This document shows, piece by piece, positions 30,412 to 39,934 of a stretch of DNA of 64,000 bases. Where the stretch lies: positions 32,001 to 96,000 of IMG/VR virus record IMGVR_UViG_3300021514_000002; one strand, written 5' to 3'. Below the pieces are notes generated by a model. That model did not search any database and was not told where the DNA came from. It saw nothing but the letters and a program-made list of their open reading frames with translations. How positions within the stretch are numbered: position 1 is the stretch's first letter; the number at the start of each line of letters is the position of its first letter. The position numbers and the translations under genes were made by a program. The DNA comes from a virus (taxonomy: Duplodnaviria > Caudoviricetes).

Positions 30412-31313
30412 TATATTTGAATCCCATGTTCACTAGTTCTGCTGTAATTTTCCAAGTCTTCCAACGCGGCGACAATTTTCTGACAATCGGCAGCGTAAAA
30501 ACCAGCAGAATTGATATTATTAATTTCAATAACTTTCATTCCAAGTGCAGTAACAGCAACATCCATAACAAACGCGTCTGCTGGAACACGCGTATCAGGA
30601 ATAATTTTACAATCTACCTTAGATTGCCATTCACCTATCATACGTTCACAGAACGCGTATACTTGTGGTTCAACATATTCATCTGATATTACTTGACTAC
30701 CACGTTTATATAAGCTTCCTGTTATAATGTTACCATCAACAATAAACATTCTGTATTCTGTTATAATATTTTTTGCACTAGAAATCATTATTTCTGTGTT
30801 TTTATGCAACAGGAGAAATTCATCAATCTCTTCAATTTTACTAATATCTTTTAACCATTCGTGTAATGCATCAATACTCATCACTTCACCCGAAAACGAT
30901 TTGTTATCATGAACAGGTCTTACAAATACATAATCATATGGTGGTATAGTTATATTTTTAATCAACCCAACACTTGCATCGCCATTTAAAATATTGTCTT
31001 TACCAAATCCATCACGCCATTTAGAAAAATCAAAATTTTCATTTAAATACGTACCCGGTGTCCATCCACGGGCTTTGGCTATACGTGTTAACGTTGTCGC
31101 ACCCATGACCATAATTTTCTGGTTAGTATCAATGAAAGGTTCTTCGACATCATCCACTTCTTGTGTCATGGAATCAAAGTCTGCTGGAACAAATTGATTA
31201 GTGAAAGGAATTGGTTTTATAACCAAATAATCAACTTGAAGTCGTTCTAAAGCTTCAATGAATCTAACGTAACCTGCTTCGTTGTATAAATCATTTTGTA
31301 CTACCCAAAACAT
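30411..31313 (-). CDS. ATP-grasp domain protein (DUF4343-like)
   Basis: FVRP..D.KSFSG, EYRMFIVDG, DVA...KVIEIN..N.AGFY. Confidence 0.75.
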   Translation of the reverse strand: MFWVVQNDLYNEAGYVRFIEALERLQVDYLVIKPIPFTNQFVPADFDSMTQEVDDVEEPFIDTNQKIMVMGATTLTRIAKARGWTPGTYLNENFDFSKWRDGFGKDNILNGDASVGLIKNITIPPYDYVFVRPVHDNKSFSGEVMSIDALHEWLKDISKIEEIDEFLLLHKNTEIMISSAKNIITEYRMFIVDGNIITGSLYKRGSQVISDEYVEPQVYAFCERMIGEWQSKVDCKIIPDTRVPADAFVMDVAVTALGMKVIEINNINSAGFYAADCQKIVAALEDLENYSRTSEHGIQI

Positions 31314-31316
31314 ATT

Positions 31317-31526
31317 TTATTCTGCCTTTTTTAAATTTGCCACGCGTTTCGTTTCTGTTATTAGGAATGATTCAACGATTCCAAGAACTTCATCAATAGT
31401 ATCAACTGTATTAACCTCGTGTTGCTCTCCATCTACTTGCCAACGCACGTTTACAAAATATGAACCATCTACATTTAGTGCAATATCTATGTATTTGTCA
31501 TTTCCACACATTTTAATGTATTCCAA
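31317..31526 (-). CDS. hypothetical protein
   Basis: ORF track. Confidence 0.5.
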   Translation of the reverse strand: MEYIKMCGNDKYIDIALNVDGSYFVNVRWQVDGEQHEVNTVDTIDEVLGIVESFLITETKRVANLKKAE

Positions 31527-31529
31527 TCC

Positions 31530-32015
31530 TTAACTATAAAAATGAACTAAACCGTATTGTACTTTAACAGATTTGCACTGTTTTTGCAAGGCGATAAGAA
31601 AATCTTCAAATTCAGTAGTGAAATTGGCAACCATTTCGGGGTTATTCTCAAGAACTGTACCACCCAATGATAAGTTATCCAATAAGAACGTTCCGTATTT
31701 GCCTTTGGTAAGGTTTTGTATTAACCAAGTTTTATCAGATGAATCAACATTGATATATCTAAAATCATCAATGTCTACAGGCAATAACCCATCGCTGTTT
31801 TCGTCTTCACCGTATACTAAATCAATATATGATTCTAGTTCTTCGATTGGATTGTTTGTAGATACTATTTCAGCACCACATTCACTACAAAATTTTTGTT
31901 TTGGAGATGTTACACGGTGACCATTTGGACAACTACGTGTAACATGATCAACAGTGTAAGAACGCATTTCTAATTCAATATAAGCGCCAAGGTATATTTC
32001 CTGATACATTCCCAT
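31530..32015 (-). CDS. zinc-ribbon hypothetical protein
   Basis: CPNGH...FCSECG. Confidence 0.55.
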   Translation of the reverse strand: MGMYQEIYLGAYIELEMRSYTVDHVTRSCPNGHRVTSPKQKFCSECGAEIVSTNNPIEELESYIDLVYGEDENSDGLLPVDIDDFRYINVDSSDKTWLIQNLTKGKYGTFLLDNLSLGGTVLENNPEMVANFTTEFEDFLIALQKQCKSVKVQYGLVHFYS

Positions 32016-32036
32016 TATTCTTTCCTATATGTTATG

Positions 32037-32237
32037 TTAAACGTAGTTTGGTAATATGTGTAGAAACTTTTTAAATAGATCTTCTGGCATTCCCGTCCCC
32101 ATGTATTCAAGTAAAGTATATACGTCAATTCCAAGACCGTGTGCAATTGCGCAAGTATTGCCCCGACCTTGTCGAATTGCATACTCCATTCCTTCTGGTG
32201 TATTTGGAATATCGCTTAGTTCACAGTTATTAATCAT
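32037..32237 (-). CDS. hypothetical protein
   Basis: ORF track. Confidence 0.45.
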   Translation of the reverse strand: MINNCELSDIPNTPEGMEYAIRQGRGNTCAIAHGLGIDVYTLLEYMGTGMPEDLFKKFLHILPNYV

Positions 32238-32254
32238 GTTTTTTACCTTTTATA

Positions 32255-32758
32255 TTATTCATCGATTTCTACAATGTTCATTGTTTCTTCGATACCTTTG
32301 AAAAGATTGTCATTGAGAAGTGGATTTATCACTTCTACAGTAAATAAAGACGTTTCTACACCAATGTTGACATTATCCTTTAACAGACAAGATACGGATA
32401 TAATATTTAAATCATTAACAATTTTATCGTCTGTGATTTTTCCTGATGCTGTAGGTAGAGAAACCACCTTATCTTTATCTTGACCTGTCAATATACTTTT
32501 TAACATTATCCCATGTGGCGTATCAAAAACATTCATTTTTGCCATCACATATCCATCTTCTGAATATTCTAATTTGACAGTACCTACTGTTTTGGCTAGA
32601 TCTACTTTGTCAAGTGGTAAAGGTGGATAGTTACCAAACGTGACAAAATTCTCACTAAGATTAAATTTGTCAACGGCTTTTTTTAATTCATCTTTTGGGT
32701 AAATGATTCCATTGAGGTTTGGTGTATCACTAGCATATATTTTGGATTTTACTTTCAT
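32255..32758 (-). CDS. prohead-protease (gp21)-like paralog, probably inactive
   Basis: N.NG.IYP, ..DL..., AK..VFDTPHG..LKS; catalytic His/Ser motifs not recognisable. Confidence 0.45.
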   Translation of the reverse strand: MKVKSKIYASDTPNLNGIIYPKDELKKAVDKFNLSENFVTFGNYPPLPLDKVDLAKTVGTVKLEYSEDGYVMAKMNVFDTPHGIMLKSILTGQDKDKVVSLPTASGKITDDKIVNDLNIISVSCLLKDNVNIGVETSLFTVEVINPLLNDNLFKGIEETMNIVEIDE

Positions 32759-32780
32759 ATGTTTACCTTATGTTTTATAT

Positions 32781-32855
32781 TGGAGCTTAGGATGGGGTTT
32801 GAACCCACGTTTCGACAATACCAATGTCGTGTTCTGCCAATTGAACTACCTAAGC
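32781..32855 (-). tRNA. tRNA-Thr(GGT)
   Basis: CGACA-TTGGTAT-TGTCG, CCA. Confidence 0.9.
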
Positions 32856-32860
32856 AATAA

Positions 32861-32984
32861 GTGTCATTTCGTTGGCATCGAACCAATCTTCTCCCACTGC
32901 GGAATTACGTTACCATATTCAAGGAGGAATCGAACCCCAACAACCCTCGGGCGGGTGTTTTACCCGTTAAACTACAAACAACAC
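32861..32984 (-). pseudogene. degenerate/chimeric tRNA-like element with two T-arms
   Basis: D-arm GTTT-AACGGGTA-AAAC, T-arms GGGG-TTCGATT-CCTC and TTGG-TTCGATG-CCAA, no CCA. Confidence 0.45.
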
Positions 32985-32990
32985 TGTTCT

Positions 32991-33218
32991 TTAATTTTCT
33001 ATACTAATATAATAAGCCAATGGTGGTGTTATCGCCATGCCGCTTCTTGCATCAAATTCATGCTTTTCACAACAAATAACTTTGTATGGTTCACCTGTAT
33101 TCTCATCGTACTTAGTTTTTGTTTCGGTTACAACTTCATAACCACCTTGACAAAAACCACTATCACCATCAATGTATACAACATCACCAGCTTCTATATC
33201 ACTAAAAAAATCTTTCAT
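32991..33218 (-). CDS. hypothetical protein
   Basis: ORF track. Confidence 0.55.
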   Translation of the reverse strand: MKDFFSDIEAGDVVYIDGDSGFCQGGYEVVTETKTKYDENTGEPYKVICCEKHEFDARSGMAITPPLAYYISIEN

Positions 33219-33220
33219 CG

Positions 33221-33415
33221 TTAATCTTCTCTGATTATTTTAAAACCTTTAATTTCTGAAAAATCGGGAAACTGGTTCCCGTTATAAATTAATCGCCATG
33301 TTCCATCATCTAATTGATCAAGATGGATCATTTGTTTACTGGTTTTAACTGCTGTTACTTTAGATAATTCTAAAATTTCATCAGTACCTTCTACTTCTAT
33401 TGCACGTCTTGTCAT
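33221..33415 (-). CDS. hypothetical protein
   Basis: ORF track. Confidence 0.5.
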   Translation of the reverse strand: MTRRAIEVEGTDEILELSKVTAVKTSKQMIHLDQLDDGTWRLIYNGNQFPDFSEIKGFKIIRED

Positions 33416-33702
33416 TTTAATATTTCCATCGCTCTATTAAAACTAGTAATGATATTTTTTTGTTTAACTTCTACATTTTTATCAAGATAATCTTCAACCA
33501 TTTCTTGAATGACTTCATCATATGATTCTAATTTCATTTCAGATTCAGAATCATTAATTTCTTTGATAATACTTGTTATCAATTCATCTGCGTTTTCACA
33601 ATCTCCCCGTAAAAAAACTGGGCAATCTTCACCACATTCACCACTCATGCCAACACTATGGCAGCTAAAGTTATATTGATCATCCCAATCATCATCTATC
33701 AT
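33412..33702 (-). CDS. acidic Cys-rich protein ending FNRAMEILK
   Basis: C...G.CGEDCPVF..GDC; paralog of neighbour. Confidence 0.6.
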   Translation of the reverse strand: MIDDDWDDQYNFSCHSVGMSGECGEDCPVFLRGDCENADELITSIIKEINDSESEMKLESYDEVIQEMVEDYLDKNVEVKQKNIITSFNRAMEILK

Positions 33703-33905
33703 TTCAATATTTCCATCGCATCATCGAACGCATCATGTGGATTATAATCGTCTTCAATTAAACCCCAATCAATTAATTCTTCTATCAACCCTTGTTCTTT
33801 TAGCATGTCAACGATTTCATCTTCTATTGGGCAGTCAGCTTCACGTAAAACAGGACAATCCATACCACATCCCCCATTTATACTAATTGTATCACAACTA
33901 TTCAT
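33699..33905 (-). CDS. acidic Cys-rich protein ending FDDAMEILK
   Basis: C...GGCGMDCPVL..ADC. Confidence 0.6.
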   Translation of the reverse strand: MNSCDTISINGGCGMDCPVLREADCPIEDEIVDMLKEQGLIEELIDWGLIEDDYNPHDAFDDAMEILK

Positions 33906-34171
33906 GTCATTTCCTTACTAAATTTGACTGCATTTTAGGAGTCGAACTGTACCAGTAAATTGCGTTTTATAATTCTGTTACGTATTCTAATGTAATATCT
34001 ACAATTTCTTCATTGCCATCATCAAATGTGTATATGACTATATTATTTGCGTCCATTGTTACGTCTAGCAATTTTGCATTGGGGGTAAACCCTTAGTACA
34101 TTTTCGTGCTATCGTGCTTTTACGGTATAAATCTTCAACCGCTTCATGTGTAATTTTTAACCTAAGCATTG

Positions 34172-34462
34172 TTATTCCTTATTCTTACTTTCACAGCGTG
34201 GACATTTTGCACCTGTTGGATAAGGTACACCATGAACTGCGCATTCATAGTACATTTCTGAACCAAACCCAGAGTAATAAGCTTTGTCTTGGGTTGTTTT
34301 ATAAATTTTTTCAAGTTTAATTGTAAGGTTATTTAAAGTCCTATGGATAAATTCACGATCTTTTTTGGATTCATTCATATATTCAAACCAATCATCGATC
34401 TTATTGATAGCTTTCTTATATTCTTCCAATACCAATTTCGTGTTTTTATTTTGTGTGCTCAT
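34172..34462 (-). CDS. hypothetical protein with C-terminal Zn finger
   Basis: C..HG......C..C. Confidence 0.5.
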   Translation of the reverse strand: MSTQNKNTKLVLEEYKKAINKIDDWFEYMNESKKDREFIHRTLNNLTIKLEKIYKTTQDKAYYSGFGSEMYYECAVHGVPYPTGAKCPRCESKNKE

Positions 34463-34672
34463 AAGTAATCCTATTTTATTGTAATTTCCCTTACCACCTT
34501 ATCGTGGCTAGTTAATACCATGTTAGCATATTTGATAATCTCTTCTTCTGCAGATTTTATATCATTATATCTGCCCATTATTTGTGACCACTTACCAAAA
34601 ATCCAAATGCCTTCAAATGACTGAATACAATAGGAACCATTATTTTTAATAACACGATATTTAAGTTTCATT

Positions 34673-34855
34673 TTATTTTGCCTTTGATATCTTTGTTGCA
34701 GCAACAATAATGCTTGCTACAAACGAAATAAGAAGAGTAAGAACAAATGGATACGTCCACCAATTTTCAAATACATGGCTATCTATTAATAGATAGCCGA
34801 ACCAAAAACATAACCACAAAGTAACAAATGGCAATAGCCACCATATATATTTCAT
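34673..34855 (-). CDS. small membrane protein
   Basis: two hydrophobic segments. Confidence 0.5.
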   Translation of the reverse strand: MKYIWWLLPFVTLWLCFWFGYLLIDSHVFENWWTYPFVLTLLISFVASIIVAATKISKAK

Positions 34856-34857
34856 AA

Positions 34858-35277
34858 TTAATCCTTCAAATATTCATACGCAGTGAAATACTTTTCAAGA
34901 CGTTCAAAGTCTTTTTTACGCAAACCTTTCATACGCAAGATACGAGAATTGTGATCTAGATCTTCTCTTTTAACTAAACGTGCGTCAGTATTCATTGCAA
35001 GGATTTTAATATATTCCATATAAGGCATACCATCTTCGTGTGTCAGAGCTTTAACTGCGGCAAGAACGCGTTCAGAAAATCCCATAGCTCTAAGATTTTC
35101 AATAGTATAATCAGTATCTTCAATTAAATCATGAAGTACTGCTATTGTCATAAGTTCTTCATCATCCATGCCCACTTGAAACATTACATATAAGCAATGT
35201 AATACGTAATATTTTCCGCCTTTATCTTTGCGACCTTCAAATGCCTTTGATACTAATGTGATTGCTTTGTCTAACAT
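34858..35277 (-). CDS. HD-domain (SpoT/Mesh1-like) hydrolase
   Basis: Y..H...V, AVLHDLIEDT, ALTH, VK..DL.HN. Confidence 0.8.
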   Translation of the reverse strand: MLDKAITLVSKAFEGRKDKGGKYYVLHCLYVMFQVGMDDEELMTIAVLHDLIEDTDYTIENLRAMGFSERVLAAVKALTHEDGMPYMEYIKILAMNTDARLVKREDLDHNSRILRMKGLRKKDFERLEKYFTAYEYLKD

Positions 35278-35350
35278 GTTAATTTCCTTGAGTTTTTGTA
35301 TTATAACACAATTAATTATATTTTGCAACCTAAATTGATTACACTATTAC

Positions 35351-36763
35351 TTACCATTTCATTAAATAAGATAAGAATGTACGAACCCCAAATCCAGTTC
35401 CACCTGATTGGTTTGTACCAAACGGCTTATCAGCAAAAGCAGGTCCAGCAATATCTAAATGTAAATATTTTTTCTTTCCCTCTTCGGTCAATGCATTTGT
35501 CAAGAACAATCCCGCCTTATGACATCCTTGGTATTTTGTTCCCATGTTTGACAAGTCTGCAAGTTTGTCATCAACACCATCGAGCATAAATTTATGGAAT
35601 TCCGCGTTACAGAAAATTTCACCTTCTTTAAGTCCTACGGTTTTGATTTTATCTTTCATTTCATCTGCGAATCCGACCATGCCTGCCGCTTCTGCACCAA
35701 ATGCCGCCAATGCAGCACCTGTCAAGGTAGCGAACGTATACATTTCATCAAAATCTGGATTTTCTTCTTCAGCCAATACCATGTTGTCAAATAATACTAG
35801 GCGTCCTTCTGCATCGGTATTTTTAACATGAACGGTTTTCTTGTTCTTCATAGTAAGAACATCCCCAGGTTTATACGAGTGTTCATTAATCATATTTTCT
35901 GCTAAAGCAATATAGGCAGTTACATAATATGGTGAGCCGATTTCCACAAGACCTTTCATGATTCCCAAAACAGTCATAGCACCTGCTTTATCGCATTTCA
36001 TATTAACCATGCTGTCGGTTGGTTTAATAGAAAGCCCACCACTATCGTATGTCAATCCTTTACCAATTAATACCACATGTTTTGAAAAATCGCTTCTTCG
36101 TAATCCTTGCGGCGTGTATGTTAATTTTACGGTCATGGCAGGATGCGGGGACGAACGATTGACGGCAAGGTGTCCGTTCATTTCTAACTTTGATAATTCT
36201 GATTCGTCATATTTGGTGACTGTGATATTATCTACATCTGCAAACATATCAATAATTGTGTTAGTTATCGTAACAGAAGTCATATCTTCGGCGGTGCCAT
36301 TAACCATATCACGCGTAAAACATTGCGCGTTTGCACGGTTAGTGGCTCTGTGTATACATTGTTCTATCACTTCATCGTGAGCATCTTTTAGAACATTAGG
36401 ATAAAGGATAATTTTATTAAGAATGTTACTTTTTGGTTCTGATTTGTACTTTTGAAAACTATAATCACCTAAAACCAAACCTTCTAAAAACTCTTGACAA
36501 TTTGCAGGTACTTCAATATCTACAGATTCAATATTAAGATTATTAAGATGTTGCATTAGGTTGAAACCAGATTCCCGCCAATCATCTTGCAGCATATCTT
36601 CTTTTTGTAAAACGTAAACATAGCCAGCTGTGGCATCGGTATGTATTTTGAAACTTTCGCCAAGCATTACAATACTTGGAATTGTTTTGACTTTTTCTTT
36701 AGTAAGAAATTTTACGCCTAATTTTGATTTTTTTTGGTCATCTATCGCTAATATTAATTTCAT
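35351..36763 (-). CDS. pepA: leucyl aminopeptidase (M17)
   Basis: GKGLTYDSGG, MKCDKAGA, AEN, NTDAEGRL, ATLTGA, HLDIAG. Confidence 0.92.
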   Translation of the reverse strand: MKLILAIDDQKKSKLGVKFLTKEKVKTIPSIVMLGESFKIHTDATAGYVYVLQKEDMLQDDWRESGFNLMQHLNNLNIESVDIEVPANCQEFLEGLVLGDYSFQKYKSEPKSNILNKIILYPNVLKDAHDEVIEQCIHRATNRANAQCFTRDMVNGTAEDMTSVTITNTIIDMFADVDNITVTKYDESELSKLEMNGHLAVNRSSPHPAMTVKLTYTPQGLRRSDFSKHVVLIGKGLTYDSGGLSIKPTDSMVNMKCDKAGAMTVLGIMKGLVEIGSPYYVTAYIALAENMINEHSYKPGDVLTMKNKKTVHVKNTDAEGRLVLFDNMVLAEEENPDFDEMYTFATLTGAALAAFGAEAAGMVGFADEMKDKIKTVGLKEGEIFCNAEFHKFMLDGVDDKLADLSNMGTKYQGCHKAGLFLTNALTEEGKKKYLHLDIAGPAFADKPFGTNQSGGTGFGVRTFLSYLMKW

Positions 36764-36805
36764 CTTACATCCTTTATATTGTATTTTCTCGCGTTACTAC
36801 ACTTC

Positions 36806-36834
36806 AGTATACAGGATTTAAAAAGGAATGTCAA
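36806..36834 (-). promoter_or_regulatory. sigma70-like promoter for pepA
   Basis: TTGACA-N17-TATACT. Confidence 0.7.
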
Positions 36835-36840
36835 TAATTT

Positions 36841-36916
36841 TGGTGGGAACGGTGGGAGTTGAACCCACGCCTTTCTGATTAAGAGTCAGATATACTAGCC
36901 ACTATACGACGTTCCC
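36841..36916 (-). tRNA. tRNA-Lys(CTT)
   Basis: TCTGA-CTCTTAA-TCAGA, CCA. Confidence 0.92.
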
Positions 36917-36922
36917 GTTATT

Positions 36923-36998
36923 TGGTAGTCCCGCACGGAATCGAACCGTGTGTAGTCTTCTTTGTAAGAGAAGTGCGTCGCCATTCAGCATCGGGACT
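36923..36998 (-). tRNA. tRNA-Val(TAC)
   Basis: CTTCT-CTTACAA-AGAAG, CCA. Confidence 0.88.
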
Positions 36999-37179
36999 AG
37001 TGTTTATTTTTTCTGGCTATCATTAAAGACTAAAGGTTCACCTTCATCTTTTATAACGGCTTCAAGTAATCGTTTTGCTTCTTCAAAATATTCCATGGAT
37101 GATTCATCAACGCCATCTGCAGGACAAAAATAAATATTCATTTTCTTTTTCCGTTGTTTCATTTTCGTTCTCCGTTGTT

Positions 37180-37270
37180 TGGCTCCCTCGGGTGGATTCG
37201 AACCACCATAACGCTTTCAAGTATACGCTTGTTTAACAGACAAGTCTCTTACCAGTTAGAGTACAAGGGA
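37180..37270 (-). tRNA. tRNA-Asn(GTT) with about 20-nt variable region
   Basis: CTTGT-CTGTTAA-ACAAG, G73, CCA; V region CGTATACTTGAAAGCGTTAT. Confidence 0.85.
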
Positions 37271-37277
37271 ATAAATT

Positions 37278-37353
37278 TGGCTGGCACGGTGGGATTCGAA
37301 CCCACATACACTTGTTTAACAGACAAGCCTCCTACCGGATAGAGCACACGCCA
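37278..37353 (-). tRNA. tRNA-Asn(GTT), canonical length
   Basis: same 17-nt anticodon arm as the long copy, G73, CCA. Confidence 0.9.
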
Positions 37354-37469
37354 ATAACTTTTTACTTATCAAACCATAGATGTAAAATCCTTTCAACTTC
37401 ATCTAACAATTCGTTCATTTCTTTAATTAATTCATCTTTACTTTTCATTTCTTTTCCTATCTTTCAATT

Positions 37470-37557
37470 TGGTGCCAGCAGTAGGATTCGAACCTACAGT
37501 GAGTTTTCACCCGCCGGATTACAAAACCGGTGCAATACCTGATTATGCGATACTGGC
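37470..37557 (-). tRNA. tRNA-Thr(TGT) with 16-nt variable arm
   Basis: CCGGT-TTTGTAA-TCCGG, G1-C72/C2-G71, V hairpin GTGA-AAAC-TCAC, CCA. Confidence 0.8.
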
Positions 37558-38060
37558 AATTGTACTACTTTGCGACATTTCAGCCCTCGTCAAATATAGC
37601 ACGTATTCGTTTACCTAAAGCAGCAGCCTGTTCTCTTACATGTTTAGAACTTTCAAGCTGTTCAGGTGTAATTTCTTTTTGTTCAAATTCTTTGGCACCT
37701 TCACCAACAAATTTTAAATTAGGAAACGCTTCTTTCATGTTCATGTTTTTCACCTATATAATATTTTAATCTTTTAATAACTTCTTCGCTGTATTCTTTA
37801 CCTTTAGTATCTAATAAAGACATTTCAATTTTTAAAAGAATTGTTTTAATATTCCAGTTACTGATTAAACCGTTTTCATAAAAATCGATCCAATCAATAA
37901 CCATATTTTGTTTTTCAAATTCATCAATAATAAAATCAAGGGGTAAACCATGTGTTTCTACTATTTTAAAAACACCTTTTATTACTTGTTTATTATCTGA
38001 TGTTATCCCTGAAGTGTCAAGGTGTTTCTTTTTCCTACCGCGTTTGGCGATTTCATTTCA

Positions 38061-38276
38061 TTATCCCCCGTCTTTAGATTCTTCAATAAGGTTTAAATGT
38101 TTTCTTATCCATCGCATGAATAATATTGCTTTGTCTTCACTATTAAATGCTGCAGTGCCTGCATCACTTATTGGTACAGGAAATTCAAATCCACATTCAG
38201 TAACGTACCATAATTCGCCTTCTTTATAAAATAAAAACTTTACTACTTTACCTTTAACCATATCTTTAATAGACAT
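38061..38276 (-). CDS. conserved phage hypothetical protein
   Basis: V.F..Y.EGELWY...GFEFPVP..D.G.A.F...DKAI.FMRWIRK. Confidence 0.65.
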   Translation of the reverse strand: MSIKDMVKGKVVKFLFYKEGELWYVTECGFEFPVPISDAGTAAFNSEDKAILFMRWIRKHLNLIEESKDGG

Positions 38277-38294
38277 TTTCTTCTTCCTAGTTTG

Positions 38295-38367
38295 TGGAGC
38301 AGACGGGATTTGAACCCGCCGCAGAAAATCTTGCCAGAATTTCTCGTCCCCTTAGACATACTGCCCC
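38295..38367 (-). tRNA. tRNA-Ala(GGC), CCA not encoded
   Basis: G3:U70, loop CTGGCAA, weak anticodon stem. Confidence 0.75.
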
Positions 38368-38376
38368 GTTGTTGTT

Positions 38377-38451
38377 TGGTAGCCCCGTCAAGACTCGAAC
38401 TTGACTCTAACGGTTATCAGCCGTTTGTAATCACCCATATACTACGGGGCT
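38377..38451 (-). tRNA. tRNA-Ile(GAT)
   Basis: AACGG-CTGATAA-CCGTT, CCA. Confidence 0.92.
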
Positions 38452-38615
38452 ATAGCCGTCTTTTACTGCTGTCATACAGCACCTACAAGTAGGAGGTCGA
38501 TTACAACGGTCGCCTATTTTAATATAATCTTTATTCTTCCACTCAGTCCGGTAACTAGTATGGATGTGGGAGGCTCATTCAACCTGTGTACTATATTAAA
38601 ATTCTTTTATACTAA

Positions 38616-38939
38616 TTACTTCTTATCTGGATACTGTGCATCCAGTTCATCAATGTAAGCGTAAGGACTTTGCCCTGGCTTAAATATTTTGATATTCTTA
38701 AAACCATTATCTTCGGTAATAAGACTATCTTTTTCATCAATGGAACCACGATGTTTTGCACCATATTTTCCTTCAACTTTACCAGTCGCGGGATTTAAAT
38801 CACCCCATTTAATATGAGGATCTCCCATTGGTTCTACTGCATACGTTTTTCCTGTTCTGAAAGAAACAATCATATGTCTTCCAGTATCTTCGGTTTTTTC
38901 AAAAAACTTCTTTCTAAATTCTGGTGACAACATTGTCAT
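38616..38939 (-). CDS. conserved phage hypothetical protein
   Basis: 3' part of track ORF; start moved to MTML after GGAG. Confidence 0.6.
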   Translation of the reverse strand: MTMLSPEFRKKFFEKTEDTGRHMIVSFRTGKTYAVEPMGDPHIKWGDLNPATGKVEGKYGAKHRGSIDEKDSLITEDNGFKNIKIFKPGQSPYAYIDELDAQYPDKK

Positions 38940-38959
38940 TCTCCTTTTTATTATAAATT

Positions 38960-39035
38960 TGGTGGACTGCCCCAGCCACGATCTGGGAACCTCTCGATTA
39001 AAAGTCGAGTACTCTGCCAATTGAGTTAGCAGTCC
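38960..39035 (-). tRNA. tRNA-Lys(TTT), atypical T-loop ATCGTGG
   Basis: CTCGA-CTTTTAA-TCGAG, CCA. Confidence 0.88.
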
Positions 39036-39040
39036 TAATC

Positions 39041-39664
39041 TTAATATTCTATTCCCCATTCATTTAATGTCGTTTTGACTCTGTTATAATTGTTACCCTT
39101 TGCCGCCAATCCAAGCTTTAATAAACATTGTCTAATATTACCAGTTTCTATATACGTTTTAACTATCTGCTCTGCCGTAATAGGTTCTTTAGTTACTTTC
39201 TTTTTATTTCTACCACGCCAAGTAAGTGTTAAACTATGACAATTGGGACATAACCCTTCAAGGTTCCCCCTTTCATTATTTTGATTATCCCCATCTTTAT
39301 GTTCTAGTTCAAGAACTAATGGTTGATTTAACCATCTGTCCAGTTTACATCTATTACATTTATGTTCCTGTTCAAGAAAAACTCGCTTACGAATCCTTCC
39401 AAACTTCAAACTACTAAAATCTTCCGCTAGTAGTTTAGTTTCCCAAGTCTTCTTTCGTTTTTCTATCATATTTTCTATTACTATTGGATCTAATAATGGG
39501 GTCTTCAATCTCCCCTCCTGCATAGCACTCTTAACGCTATTAGAAATTTTTCTTTTTGTTTCGGCAGTCTTGATTCTACTGTTTGCACATCCACGGGAAC
39601 AAAACTTCCCACTTCCGAACGTACCATCATGCTCTTTATTGCATTTTATATTTTTACATTTCAT
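39041..39664 (-). mobile_element. HNH endonuclease inserted in tRNA cluster
   Basis: CNRC...ELEHKDGD..NN...NL..LCPNCH; TATAAATA at 39684-39691. Confidence 0.85.
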
Positions 39665-39720
39665 ATTCGTACCCCTTTTAACTTATTTATATCAATAGTT
39701 AAAAAGTGTGCGATTAAAAT

Positions 39721-39794
39721 TGGTGGAGCTACAGGGAATCGAACCCTGGTCTTCGCGGTGCAAGCGCAACGTAATCCCGTTATACTACAGCCCC
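39721..39794 (-). tRNA. tRNA-Ala(TGC), second copy
   Basis: TTGCG-CTTGCAC-CGCGA, G3:U70, CCA. Confidence 0.9.
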
Positions 39795-39934
39795 AAAATG
39801 TAGTCCCTATCGCTGACGTACTTCACATACGCTTAGGATGATTACCATCGTCCCAGTTATGATAGGATTTACCTACACAAACTAATCTACTTGTTAAAGA
39901 ACAAATACACCATCAAGGGTATATTTTAAAAACT

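Noticed and set aside
37470-37557. Reading the long-arm tRNA as Tyr(GTA)
   Set aside because: The symmetric anticodon stem places TGT at positions 34-36; GTA would need an asymmetric loop. The acceptor stem matches Thr identity.
38450-38520. Calling this element a twister or hammerhead ribozyme
   Set aside because: No CUGAUGA/GAAA core, and twister pseudoknot pairings could not be confirmed by eye; kept only as an unassigned structured-RNA candidate.
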